A stretch of 64,000 bases of DNA, from IMG/VR virus record IMGVR_UViG_2695421015_000002; one strand, 5' to 3'. Origin of the DNA: a virus. Taxonomy: Duplodnaviria > Caudoviricetes. Below the pieces are notes generated by a model that was given only the letters and a program-made list of their open reading frames with translations, was not told the origin of the DNA and did not search any database. How positions within the stretch are numbered: position 1 is the first letter of the stretch; the number at the start of each line of letters is the position of its first letter. A program made the position numbers and the translations under genes. Of this stretch, positions 18,109 to 28,094 are shown piece after piece.

Positions 18109-19679
18109 GCCGCCTTCTCCGCCGGCTGCTGCTTGTTGTTGTCGTTGACCGGCTGGACCTTCGGCATCGGCGGGAACAGCTCGATCAGCTCGCCCATCGA
18201 TCGGGTCGCTGCGACGTAGCAGAGGTTGGACTCCTGCTCCTTCTCCCAATCGAGGGTGGCGTACTTCGACGGGCAGGTGTTGAACCGGTCGAGCCAGTAC
18301 ACCCGCTTCCATTCACGGCCCTTGGACTTGTGGATGGTTGAGAGCGTCAGGATGCCGGCGACGTTGTCGGCGAAGATGTTGTCGATGTAGGCTACCACCG
18401 CTTGGACTGTGTCCTGCTTGTCCTCACGGCAAGCGTCCATGATGACCTTCAGCGTCTCGAACTTGTCCTCAGCCTCCTGGACCTTGGCCATCTTCTTGCG
18501 CGGCAGCCACTTCTCCTTCTCGCGCTCGACCCACTCTTCGAGCTTCTCTTCGAGATCGGCCGTGGTCTGGCAGGACTTCCAACGGGTCGCCAGCTTCTTC
18601 AGCGCCTCGCCGATATCGCGCCCCTCGATCCGGCAGGGGATCTTCTCCCTGATCAGACGGAAGGCTGCGGTCACCAGCGGCCGGGTGTTGCGGCACAGGA
18701 TTGCCGCATCAGCGTTTAGCTTCTCCCGGTTCTGCATCATCTGCTCGAATGTCTCCAGCGAGATGGTGCCGGCCGGAGCGGACTCGTGCGCCTGGATGTG
18801 GCTGACCCAGTTCTGGGCAAACTTCACCACGTTCTTCGGGCACCGATAGGTCACCGTCAGCGGCATTTCCTTCGCTTTGAAGGTGTCCTTGATGATGTCG
18901 AGGCTGTCGTTGTCGGCGCCAGTGAAGCCGTAGATCGCCTGGTGGGGATCACCGACCGCGAACAGGCGGGCATTGTGCTTCATCAGGCACGCGGCCAGTA
19001 AACGACGGATCGTGTTGGTGTCCTGCGCCTCGTCGATGATGACGTTGTCGTAGGTGAAGAACCTGATCTGGTAGAGCAGGGGAAGGTAGATCATGTCATC
19101 GAAGTCGATGATCACAGACTCCTTGTTGGACTCCTTCAGGACCTCGATCGCCATGTCGACGATGTCGTCGGCCTTCTTCGCGGTCTGCTCGTCATCGAAC
19201 AGGTCGAAGTGCTCGACGATGTCATCCCAGATCGAGGTATCGTCGATATGGCCCTGACCGATGATGCCGACGCCATTCTGCTTGGCGAGCGAGACCAGCT
19301 GGCAGATCACCGCGGTGTGCGGCTGCAGCTCGGGGCCGATGCGACCGGACTCGATCCAGGAGCTGGTGATGTTGGCCACCTTGTCCTGCACGACGCGGAC
19401 GTTCGGAAAGGTCTTGCGGTAGTTCCGCAGGCCGATCGCGTGGACGGTAGAGGCTTCGGCCTTCTTCCAGTCGACGCCGGCCTTCTGCAGCTTGCTCTTG
19501 ATCTCCTCGGCGATCTTCTTGTTGAAGGCCAGGATGATCGAGGAACCGCGCATCTTCTGCACGGCCTGCAGGATCGTGGTGGTCTTGCCGGCGCCGGCCA
19601 CCGCCACCAGGACGATGGAGCTGGTTCCGGACTTTGCTTCTTCGATGAACGCCGCCTGTTGCGGCGATGGGACGAACAT
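18105..19679 (-). CDS. UvrD/Rep-like SF1 DNA helicase
   Basis: AVAGAGKTT, IDEAQD, VGDPHQAIYGF, TYRC, STIHKSKGRE, YVAATR. Confidence 0.93.
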   Translation of the reverse strand: MFVPSPQQAAFIEEAKSGTSSIVLVAVAGAGKTTTILQAVQKMRGSSIILAFNKKIAEEIKSKLQKAGVDWKKAEASTVHAIGLRNYRKTFPNVRVVQDKVANITSSWIESGRIGPELQPHTAVICQLVSLAKQNGVGIIGQGHIDDTSIWDDIVEHFDLFDDEQTAKKADDIVDMAIEVLKESNKESVIIDFDDMIYLPLLYQIRFFTYDNVIIDEAQDTNTIRRLLAACLMKHNARLFAVGDPHQAIYGFTGADNDSLDIIKDTFKAKEMPLTVTYRCPKNVVKFAQNWVSHIQAHESAPAGTISLETFEQMMQNREKLNADAAILCRNTRPLVTAAFRLIREKIPCRIEGRDIGEALKKLATRWKSCQTTADLEEKLEEWVEREKEKWLPRKKMAKVQEAEDKFETLKVIMDACREDKQDTVQAVVAYIDNIFADNVAGILTLSTIHKSKGREWKRVYWLDRFNTCPSKYATLDWEKEQESNLCYVAATRSMGELIELFPPMPKVQPVNDNNKQQPAEKAA

Positions 19680-19812
19680 GGATCACCTTTCGAATTGGGA
19701 TGGATCAGGACTAGCAGTGCGTTTGCATTCAAGCAAACAAAAGGCTGGAAAAATGCAAATACGCCTGTTCCGCGTGCAAGGGCGTGAACTCGTAAATCAA
19801 TGGCGTTGGTGA

Positions 19813-19882
19813 ACTCCGCTTTGGTGCGCATTACGGACTCAAGTCGGACATTGCGCGATGTCCGAAAAGTGCCAGCAGACAT
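19813..19882. repeat. Palindromic border repeat of cargo block 1
   Basis: ACTCCGC...CGGAC, perfect hairpin TCGGACAT-N6-ATGTCCGA, then GTGCCA. Confidence 0.55.
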
Positions 19883-19977
19883 CGCGCCTAATCGCTCAAG
19901 TTTTATGGAAAGCGGACAATCGACCTGACGCGCGGGGGAGTTGCCGCGAGTAGTGGAGGTGAGTAGTAGCATCGACC

Positions 19978-21093
19978 TTAGCGCTGCAACAAAGGATCGG
20001 GAGCCGGCAAGCTTCGAAGCTTCTCTAACTCAACGTTCACAAGTTGCCGATATTCGTCATAGACGCCCGGTTCTAGTTCCCTCCCGGAACTCCTAATTTC
20101 GTTCTCGAACAAGGTCTTGATCCCCGCCGTTGCTGCGAGCCAACTCAGTTTTTCAATGCACACTTCGTTGTAGAAGGCGCGAGGGCATACAGATTGTATC
20201 GCATGAAGGCACTGGACAATCTTGTCCGGCGACTTTGAACCCAAAGACACAACGAAGTTAGTTAATATCTTTCCTCGACTTGGATTGCTTATCGTTCCAG
20301 AAAGGACGACTCTGTCCCTCTGCATTTTGAAAAGGCTATAAACAAAGAGCTCATGATAAACATCTTGTACGTCGTCTTGCTTCAGCATGCTCATCAGCTG
20401 CGGCATAAACATTTTCGATAGGCTATCGATCAGGAGGATCTCATGCGGATCAAGGTTTGTTGAGAGGGCGCAGAACGCAGACTCGAAGAAGAGATCGAAA
20501 TTCCCCCATAACGCGGACTTACCGACAATTATGAGCAATGCCGGGGCAATCCAGCTAGCTGCCGCGGCGTGCTGGCCAAAGTCCGTAGAATAAATGTACC
20601 GGTGAGTGAGCACGTAGCACTGCTCAACGTTAAAATCGTACGCCCTCTTGTAAAAGGAGGGCCAAGAATCACTCGTAAGAGTTGGCAACTTACTGCGGCC
20701 TGCCATGTAAAGAATGAATTTGTCTTCACAGTCGAGAAACTTTGGCCGGTCGGGAATAAGCCGCCTCACTCGCGCGAATTCATCTAGCCATATTTCGTAA
20801 AACTGGATGCGTTCTATGTAGTTGGAAAGAGCTGCATACGGATACAGTAATTCCGCGATCCTTAGCGAGTTGTCAGCCAATGATATTTGATGTGAGCTAT
20901 TCAGCTGTTTTTCGAGGAGGGCGACAACGGCATCAAGCCGACTGTCCTGCCTTGAACCGAGCAGGTGCAGCGCGCGAGCAATAATAGCCGACTCGCAGAG
21001 GAACTTATCTCGCGCGCCAGCACCTGTCACACCGCCGTTCAATCCGTCTCGGACCAACCGGAAGAACGGCAAATCGTCCGATGGATCAGTCAC
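19978..21093 (-). CDS. Lower-GC cargo protein, helical, with a YxLTHxxxYxTDFG motif (DUF6895-like from memory)
   Basis: GTG 21093 starts just after the upstream peptide stop; about 371 aa. Confidence 0.7.
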   Translation of the reverse strand: MTDPSDDLPFFRLVRDGLNGGVTGAGARDKFLCESAIIARALHLLGSRQDSRLDAVVALLEKQLNSSHQISLADNSLRIAELLYPYAALSNYIERIQFYEIWLDEFARVRRLIPDRPKFLDCEDKFILYMAGRSKLPTLTSDSWPSFYKRAYDFNVEQCYVLTHRYIYSTDFGQHAAAASWIAPALLIIVGKSALWGNFDLFFESAFCALSTNLDPHEILLIDSLSKMFMPQLMSMLKQDDVQDVYHELFVYSLFKMQRDRVVLSGTISNPSRGKILTNFVVSLGSKSPDKIVQCLHAIQSVCPRAFYNEVCIEKLSWLAATAGIKTLFENEIRSSGRELEPGVYDEYRQLVNVELEKLRSLPAPDPLLQR

Positions 21094-21097
21094 AGGC

Positions 21098-21283
21098 TCA
21101 GCTGCCGAAAATAGTGTAGGTCCCGCCGTCCTTGTCCTTTTTGCGGAAGACCCACCAAGAGAGGCCTCCCCGGATGTCATTCAGCCGCTCGGAAATGCGC
21201 ATGACGCCATCAAGACTCATAAGCTCTTTCAACACGCCACTGTCACTGAGCATTTTTTGAATTTCGCGGTCCTCTTCGGCCAT
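21098..21283 (-). CDS. 61-aa peptide with a double-glycine-type leader
   Basis: GAGGAGGT RBS; MAEEDRE...ERLNDIRGG/LSWWVFRKKDKDGGTYTIFGS. Confidence 0.7.
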   Translation of the reverse strand: MAEEDREIQKMLSDSGVLKELMSLDGVMRISERLNDIRGGLSWWVFRKKDKDGGTYTIFGS

Positions 21284-22046
21284 TTTTACCTCCTCTCGGA
21301 TGATGGTCTCGGCCGAGGCGGTTGGCGTTCGAAGCAGCGGGAAAAAAAGGCCGTCTGAGCCCTCCGCGACCCAACCGAGCAATATAAATCTTAATCCAAA
21401 TCATACTTTAGAGCAACTGGAGTAGGCTTTCGCTCGAGCCGTTTCTGGTTCGTGCGGCCATTCCTTCGTGACGAAACTCAGGTGCACGATGTCTCCGATG
21501 GGTCGTGAGTGCCCCTGCGGTCCCTTCCAGGAAAGCTGATGTCGCGACTGCGCTTCAGACTGGATGGCGGCTGCAACGGCGCTAGTCTGAAGGTGATTTC
21601 ACTGCCTGCCTGTTATGGGCGCGCAGTGGGCCGAAGAGGCTGAGCGCGGGGCTCTCGTGTGGTGCATCTGGGAGCGTTCTAGTTCACGGCAACACTTTGA
21701 TGAGCTGGAGCGCGACTACTGGTTACCGAGCGATAGTCATCCTGAGACATTTTGCCGCGTAATTCCCAGCAGCCAGCACCGCTCCGGTTGGCGGTCGCGA
21801 AGCGCTCGCCACATAGCTGACAGATGCCGCGCGGATATGACCCATTGTGCCAGGCTTAAAAACTGTTTGTAGTCATCGCCGGTTAGGTTACTTCCGCCGC
21901 CAGCTTCCGGCAGGAGGGCGGCTGAGCGTTGGGACACGTGTCGCCGTTGAGCCGCGTTGGACAGGACATACGGTTGGGCCGAACATGGACGAGCAATGCC
22001 ATCGGTGATGCGCCGTGCGTCAAAAATTTTGAATGAGTACGGTGCG

Positions 22047-22204
22047 ATGCAATCCGAATTGATCGGCAAAGTCGTCGTGCTTACCGACGGAAAGGCAGGC
22101 ACGGTCGAGAACGTTTGGCTCGATGAATTGCACGGACTTCGGATTTCCATCGAGGGCCATGATGGAAGATGGCCGTCTCAACCATCAAGCTCACGGAGAA
22201 CTAG
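22047..22204 (+). pseudogene. Small PRC-barrel-like protein, frameshifted near the 3' end
   Basis: MQSELIGKVVVLTDGKAGTVENVWLDE...GRWP; the continuation VSTIKL lies in a shifted frame. Confidence 0.55.
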
Positions 22205-22508
22205 ACCTTCGCATCGGCTGCGTGTTGCCCACATCGCGCGCGCCTTTCAAAACATTCCAATCAAGATGAAAAGGCCGACCTCGGTCAGGAAAGTGACGCT
22301 CATGATCGCGACCGTAAGGAACACGTCGCTCGGCGAGAGAGGGCTCATGAATGCCTCGCATCTTGCGAAGCCCCGCCAGTAAACCACTCAGGCTGGAAAA
22401 TGTTCCGGTTCCATTTCCATTTGTCCAAGCGTCAGGCCAGACGGCGGCCTTCCCACTACTGTTTCGCCTGCTCGATCAGGACATCGAATTTCGGATCGCG
22501 GGCCATGG

Positions 22509-22973
22509 TCAGTCCCGTAGGATATCTTTGATTGAGGTGTTGGCAACGAAGCCGAAATAGTCCTCGTCGCTCTCGACGTAGACGCGCTTGTCACAGTCGG
22601 CATTGTCGACTTCGCCGACCGTGTAGATGCCGTCCGGCGCGTCTTCGTCGCCCTGGACGCGAACCCGGTCACCTGGGTTCACGAGCAGGACTTTGATGGA
22701 GTCCGGAGCCGCATGAGCCTTGTGCTCCCACGCCTCGGACAGTTTCTCTCCGTTGAGAAACAGGCCTTCCTCGCTGAGGACTGCAGCCCCTTCCGTGGCA
22801 GCTTCGACTGCCACCCGAACGTCAGAGAGCTGAACGAGCTGGTCAGCCTCGGCGCTGCCTGACTGAAGCAGATCCTTCACCTGCGTGAATTTCGGGTGAT
22901 CACCGGCCAGGACCCACGGACGGCCCCTGGCGATGAAGGTGATCGAAGTGTCTGTGATGATGCTCGGGATCAT
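22509..22973 (-). CDS. rIIB-like protein (N-terminal part only)
   Basis: IITDTSITF...DHPKF..V N-terminus; directly downstream of the rIIA-like gene. Confidence 0.55.
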   Translation of the reverse strand: MIPSIITDTSITFIARGRPWVLAGDHPKFTQVKDLLQSGSAEADQLVQLSDVRVAVEAATEGAAVLSEEGLFLNGEKLSEAWEHKAHAAPDSIKVLLVNPGDRVRVQGDEDAPDGIYTVGEVDNADCDKRVYVESDEDYFGFVANTSIKDILRD

Positions 22974-22990
22974 GACGGTCTCCGGTGGTC

Positions 22991-25129
22991 TCAGGCAGCC
23001 TCGTCCAGGTCATCCAGGGCGAGTTCGTCTTCTTCCTCTTCCTCCGCCTCTGCCATGCCGGCGACCTGCGGAGCTTCATCCGAAGCCTCGACGAGCAGTT
23101 CGAAGTAGTGCTTCAGCTGCGCCTTGGACTCGCGATCGAGGCCGTAGTAGCCACCCGTCTTCAGGATCAGACCCAGCAGCGGGTAGGTCATGCAGAGGGC
23201 GTTGTACTTGTTCTGGATCGTGTTGATCGGGCAGGCGATCTGCGGCTTCTCGACGCTGACGCCGAGCTTCTGCAGAACGGCGTAGGCCTTGTCGCTCTCC
23301 GTCGTGTTCTGGACGGTAGAACTCAACTGACCGACAAGCACGTTCAGCTCAGAGCGGAACTGCTTGATGTCCTCCGGAGCCTTCGGATAGTGTGGCGCTT
23401 CGGAGAAGTTCTTCAGGTTGCGATCGAGATGGTTCATGTTCTTCTGGTGCAGACCAGTGAACTGAGTCACATCGACCTTGGCCTTCAGCGCTGCGATCAC
23501 GTCCTCACCGAGGAACGTCCAGTTGTCTCCGAGTTCCTGATCGGCAGCCTTGATCAGGATGACCTGGCCATGCTCGAGGATGCCCATCTCGACGCAGGTC
23601 TCGACCACGCCGTCGAAGTCGTAGCCGGAGATTGCTCCACGGTTCGCTTCGATGCGGACAAAGTCGCTGCCGCGACGACGCCAGCCATCAGACGCTGCAC
23701 TCTCGACGAAGTAGCCGCCGTCAGCCATGTCAACGTCCTGGGTGAGGCGAGTGACGCCACGACGCGACACGACCATGGTCCTGCGCTTGCGGATCGTCTT
23801 GCTAACCCGCTTCTCGACCGGCACCTTGAAGGTATCGAGATCGACGACCTCGGGATTACCGAGGGCAGCAAGGACGGCATCCCTGTTGATGCGCTTGCAG
23901 CGGATCCACAGGACCTTCTTGCCGATCAGGCCGGCCATGTCGAAGCGGCCGAGCGAATAGCTCGGGTTGTGCTCGATGGCGACGGTCGCGTCGACAGCCC
24001 AGCGCTGGCGGACTGACATGTCCTCGAACTTGTCGAAGGTCTTCCAGCCCTCGCCGAGCATGCAGGTCTTGAAATCGACCTTGTTGAAGGTGGCCGTCAG
24101 ACGATGACCATGCCAGGTGATCACGTTGTACAGCGCATGGGCGCGGCTGTGACCGAGTTGCTCCGTCTCGTCCTCGAACACCTGCACCGCCTGGAACAGC
24201 GTCTCGGCAGCATCGACCTTCGCGCGGACCTGAGAGATGAAGCTCTGCTCGTAGGTGGCGACCAGGTTCTTCAGCGTGGTCTTGGTGTTCTCGTCATAGG
24301 CCAGCTCTTCGCGGGACAGTGTGACCTTGAGCGAGCCGATCGGCGCATCGAATAGCACCGTGTCGCTGTCGACCAGGAAGCCAGTTGACTCGATCTGGCG
24401 CAGGTCGAACGGATACATCACGCAGCCCATCCGGACGTGCGGGCCATAGAACGGAACGTCGTTGGACTTGTAGCTGGTCCAGCCTTCGCCGGACGACTTG
24501 ATCGTCGGCACCGTCCATTCCATCTCCGGGGTGATCTTCGGCCGCGGATTGAACGACCACAGGATGCCCGAAGCGCGGGTGTTGAAGGCCCGGATATCCT
24601 CGCGGCGAACCGGGAACGACACGTCGATGCCGGTCGGTTCATCGGAGGGCATCTCGGCGAGCAGCCGCATCATCGGAGCGCCGCCGGCAGACAGCGACAG
24701 CACGTAGGTCCGCATCATGCCGCCGTGATAGGACGTCACGTTGTAAGAACCGGCGCCGTCAGCGCCAATGAGATAGGCGAACGGGCTCTTGGAGCCGAGA
24801 CCCCAGCCACCTACCTGATCGTTGGTCGAACGCTTGGTCGAGGCGTAGAGGCGGGCATAGACGTTTTTCATGTCCTCGCCGGACATGCCCGGACCATAGT
24901 CGCGGACCCGGAACACCGGGTTGAGACCGGTCGGGAGATAGACTTCGAAGTTGCCCTTCGAAGCGTCCCAGGCATTGGTCGACAGCTCGCGGATCGGATA
25001 TCCGATCTTGTCCTTCGCGAGACCCGAAATCTGGGCGTAGAAGGCGACTGCATTCGCCTCGAACGAGATGGCAACTTCGTCCTGCACGCCAGCGGCAACG
25101 TCGACGTGCTCCTGCATTCCAAGCTTCAT
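22991..25129 (-). CDS. rIIA-like protein with N-terminal GHKL ATPase
   Basis: IRELSTNAWDA, VRDYGPGMS, STK...GGWGLGSKSPFAY. Confidence 0.82.
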   Translation of the reverse strand: MKLGMQEHVDVAAGVQDEVAISFEANAVAFYAQISGLAKDKIGYPIRELSTNAWDASKGNFEVYLPTGLNPVFRVRDYGPGMSGEDMKNVYARLYASTKRSTNDQVGGWGLGSKSPFAYLIGADGAGSYNVTSYHGGMMRTYVLSLSAGGAPMMRLLAEMPSDEPTGIDVSFPVRREDIRAFNTRASGILWSFNPRPKITPEMEWTVPTIKSSGEGWTSYKSNDVPFYGPHVRMGCVMYPFDLRQIESTGFLVDSDTVLFDAPIGSLKVTLSREELAYDENTKTTLKNLVATYEQSFISQVRAKVDAAETLFQAVQVFEDETEQLGHSRAHALYNVITWHGHRLTATFNKVDFKTCMLGEGWKTFDKFEDMSVRQRWAVDATVAIEHNPSYSLGRFDMAGLIGKKVLWIRCKRINRDAVLAALGNPEVVDLDTFKVPVEKRVSKTIRKRRTMVVSRRGVTRLTQDVDMADGGYFVESAASDGWRRRGSDFVRIEANRGAISGYDFDGVVETCVEMGILEHGQVILIKAADQELGDNWTFLGEDVIAALKAKVDVTQFTGLHQKNMNHLDRNLKNFSEAPHYPKAPEDIKQFRSELNVLVGQLSSTVQNTTESDKAYAVLQKLGVSVEKPQIACPINTIQNKYNALCMTYPLLGLILKTGGYYGLDRESKAQLKHYFELLVEASDEAPQVAGMAEAEEEEEDELALDDLDEAA

Positions 25130-25167
25130 TGGATGATCTTTCCTTTAGAGATGCTGATGGGGTTGGT

Positions 25168-26127
25168 TCAGGCGACGAGCGGGCTTTGGTCTTCGCCCTC
25201 GAACTCGAAGGAGGAGTCGTCGCTCTGGTCGATGTAGAAGCGCAGCTGTTCGAAGTTGATGCCGCCGGCTTCCAGCAGCTTCACGATCTTCCGGGGATGC
25301 CAGTAGACCAGGTCGTACGTGTCGCGCGGCTCGCGCTTGCTCTGCAGGAAGCTGAGCTGGCCGAGGCCGGTCTTCTTCGGCGCCGGAGGCATCAGCTTCG
25401 GATCGCGCTCGATGACGAACTTCGAGGCATCGATCTTGACCATGTGGTCACGCAGCTCGATCAGATGATCGACGTCGAGCTTCTCTTCCGGCTGGTGCTC
25501 GTGGTAGTAGCCGACCGAGATGTTCGAGCATTCCGGCACGATCTTCATGTATATCTTGGTGTCGGTCAGGACGCCGGTCGGATCAAGCTTGAAGCGCTCC
25601 GGGAGCTGGGCAGCCATGGAATTGCCGAACGCATCCGAGCAGCAGCGCGATCCCTGATGGGTGATGACCGAGCTTGTTCCCCTGCGATCGAAGGCGATGG
25701 CCGCCTTGATGTTGGCGAGGAAGTCCGGCTGCTTGGTTGCGATCCCGCGCGACCCGATGCAGCCGATCTCTTCGGCAGCATGGAACACGTAGAGACCCGG
25801 CACCTTGGCCTGGATCATTTCCATCATGATCCACACGCCGGCAGCGCAGTCAGCGCCAAGGCAGTTGGACCTGGACTTCGCCGGCAGGCGGATGAACTTG
25901 CCGTCGAACTCCACCTTCTGGTGGCCGTGCTTGGTGTGGACACTGTCGGTGTGCGACGACCACAGGATCGACGGGTTCTCGTCTCCGACGACAAGGATGT
26001 GGTTGCCGAACTTGTCCTTCTTGACCCCGAGTGGAGTGAGGAAGCGTTCGATGAACGCAGCCTCCGTCTTCGAGCCAGCCGGCCGCCGGAACGAGAGCAT
26101 TGCAGAGATGGTAGCGATGTCAGACAT
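25168..26127 (-). CDS. M28-family zinc peptidase-like protein
   Basis: SHTDSVH, LGADC, AEEIG, FDRRG, NISVGY..EH. Confidence 0.8.
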   Translation of the reverse strand: MSDIATISAMLSFRRPAGSKTEAAFIERFLTPLGVKKDKFGNHILVVGDENPSILWSSHTDSVHTKHGHQKVEFDGKFIRLPAKSRSNCLGADCAAGVWIMMEMIQAKVPGLYVFHAAEEIGCIGSRGIATKQPDFLANIKAAIAFDRRGTSSVITHQGSRCCSDAFGNSMAAQLPERFKLDPTGVLTDTKIYMKIVPECSNISVGYYHEHQPEEKLDVDHLIELRDHMVKIDASKFVIERDPKLMPPAPKKTGLGQLSFLQSKREPRDTYDLVYWHPRKIVKLLEAGGINFEQLRFYIDQSDDSSFEFEGEDQSPLVA

Positions 26128-26141
26128 TGTTGTGCTTTCTG

Positions 26142-27740
26142 TTAGGCGACACGGAGACGACGCACGGAGCCATCAACGCTCCGGACGTTCTCGTAGTGGG
26201 GCTCAGGGTCGATGGGGTTGAGCAGCATCTCGGGCTGCATCACCACCATGTCCCGTAGCGGGATGTTGTGGTTGTGCGTGGTGACGCTGACGTTGACGTT
26301 GACGGGCTGCTGCACCGGGATGCGTTCGTCGATCCAGGCTTGCTCAAACTCGCGAGCGCGAAGCTCCAAGTCGCGAGGACGGACCTGCATCATCATGCGA
26401 GCGAAGCTGTCGAACTCCTCACGCATGGCACGCTTATCGACCGCGCGTCCGTACCAGTCGTAGTCCTCATTTGCCTTCCGCCGCTCCTGCTGAGCCTTGT
26501 AGCTGCGGCTGACGCGCTTGCCCTCGTACTCGACCAGGTCCTTCTTGCGGACGTTAAGGCCGCTGCCCTCACAGACCGCGCCATTAGCGTCGAACCACTC
26601 CTGGCAAACGGAGTCGCCGTCGTGCAGACGGACGCGATGCTCCATCGTCCAGACTTCGCCAGTCTCTCGACAGTTGAACGCATAGGAGTCGACCGCTCGA
26701 CGGCTCCAGCGTTCATTGGCGCCCTTGACGAACTGGAAGGTGTACTTCTCGTAGTACCCCAGCAACTTCGGACACCAGCTGTTGATGTGGGAATATCCCA
26801 CCGTCGAGCCGCTGTAGGCGAAGTCAGGGTGGGTCTCCGAACTCCCGGCCGGCGTCTCTTCGACGCTGATCCAGACGTCACCGCCATCGACGACGAGACC
26901 GATGTCGTCGAAGTAGGGCAGCACGGTGTACCTGCCGTCGCTGTAGAGCACCTTCATCAGGCGAGCGCCGACCAAGTGTGCTCCGTTGCCGTCAGCGTCG
27001 TGACGTTCGCGCTCGGTGGTGTATCCCTCGTCTTCCAGCTGCTTCTGCATGCGCTGGACGTCGCCGTAGATGCGGCCATAGAGTTTCTTCTCCGGCCAGA
27101 TCAGGCAGCGCGACTGGATGCGGCCCTTGTTGTTGACCGTGTAGGCCAGCACCAGATCTCCAGCGCCATAGACCGCAGTCGGCCAGCAGGGCAGCTTCTC
27201 GAACTCACAGGCGTGCGAGCCGTCCATGCAGGACGACGGTCCTTCCATGTAGACCTTCGTGATTTCCTCTGGCGTCCTGGCGTAGAGCAGCTCGCCGGAC
27301 GGGTCGACCAGGGCGATCAGCTTGCGCCGCCGCGCATCGTCCATCTTCTCTTCGGTCTCATAGAACCGGCCGATGTAGCGGCCGGGCGTGAGAACCGTGA
27401 CACGGTCGATGACGCCCAGCTCATCGTTTTCGGTGAAGCAGATCATGCCGGGACGCTTGACCGGATCGAGGTGAGCGAAGTGATCCTTGATCGGCGGAAG
27501 ATCCCAGGCGGCGGGCAGCTTGATGAGTGTGCCATCGGTCAGTCTCGTGGCCTGACGCTCGCGCCAGTCACCGGCCTGACTCATGCGGCGAGGCTGAACC
27601 TTGTAGCCAAGCTGGTCGCTCAGCGTCTTGGCTACCTTCGCGGCCTCGCTACCCTTGTCGTAGGGGCCGTAATCTGGGATCGGCACGTCGACCATTTGGC
27701 CGGCATCGTCCGGCTGAAGACGCACTAGGAAGAAGGACAT
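26142..27740 (-). CDS. Large phage hypothetical protein
   Basis: GGAG RBS; SSCM, GRIYGD, PYFD motifs and Cys-rich repeats. Confidence 0.75.
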   Translation of the reverse strand: MSFFLVRLQPDDAGQMVDVPIPDYGPYDKGSEAAKVAKTLSDQLGYKVQPRRMSQAGDWRERQATRLTDGTLIKLPAAWDLPPIKDHFAHLDPVKRPGMICFTENDELGVIDRVTVLTPGRYIGRFYETEEKMDDARRRKLIALVDPSGELLYARTPEEITKVYMEGPSSCMDGSHACEFEKLPCWPTAVYGAGDLVLAYTVNNKGRIQSRCLIWPEKKLYGRIYGDVQRMQKQLEDEGYTTERERHDADGNGAHLVGARLMKVLYSDGRYTVLPYFDDIGLVVDGGDVWISVEETPAGSSETHPDFAYSGSTVGYSHINSWCPKLLGYYEKYTFQFVKGANERWSRRAVDSYAFNCRETGEVWTMEHRVRLHDGDSVCQEWFDANGAVCEGSGLNVRKKDLVEYEGKRVSRSYKAQQERRKANEDYDWYGRAVDKRAMREEFDSFARMMMQVRPRDLELRAREFEQAWIDERIPVQQPVNVNVSVTTHNHNIPLRDMVVMQPEMLLNPIDPEPHYENVRSVDGSVRRLRVA

Positions 27741-27867
27741 TCAGTTCTCCAGTTTTGCATCGATTAGCATTCAAGCAAACGCACAGACGCACGTGTGCTA
27801 CGTGGCACATAGAAAGGGCCAGCGCGTGCCGGCCCTTCCTTATGTGTCTCGATTGAGGCATTTGCAT

Positions 27868-27972
27868 TCAAGCAAACGAGCGGGCAAAGGTAAAGCCCGT
27901 TGGGTTAGGTCTATCGCGCGAATTGAAAAGTCGGAACCAGATGACGGTTCCGCAGCAATTGAGAACGATCAT
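27868..27972 (-). CDS. Small Cys-Cys peptide, copy B (34 aa)
   Basis: MIVLNCCGTVIWFRLFNSRDRPNPTGFTFARSFA; paralog of copy A. Confidence 0.6.
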   Translation of the reverse strand: MIVLNCCGTVIWFRLFNSRDRPNPTGFTFARSFA

Positions 27973-28010
27973 ATGTACTCTCTCGTTGAAATGAAATGTC
28001 CCGCGGAGCG

Positions 28011-28094
28011 TTAGCTCACAATTGAGCCAGGTCTGTCGCGAGAGTTGAACATGCGGAGCCAGGTAATGACCCCGCAGCAGTTGAGAACAATCAT
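28011..28094 (-). CDS. Small Cys-Cys peptide, copy A (27 aa)
   Basis: MIVLNCCGVITWLRMFNSRDRPGSIVS, read by hand; below the ORF-track length cutoff. Confidence 0.6.
   Translation of the reverse strand: MIVLNCCGVITWLRMFNSRDRPGSIVS

Noticed and set aside
19813-19882. Classical integron attC sites for the cargo-border repeats
   Set aside because: I could not place RYYYAAC/GTTRRRY boxes, and the only tyrosine recombinase is a phage-type integrase
19978-21180. 400-aa start at ATG 21180
   Set aside because: It would overlap the peptide ORF that has the strong RBS; GTG 21093 just after the peptide stop is more plausible
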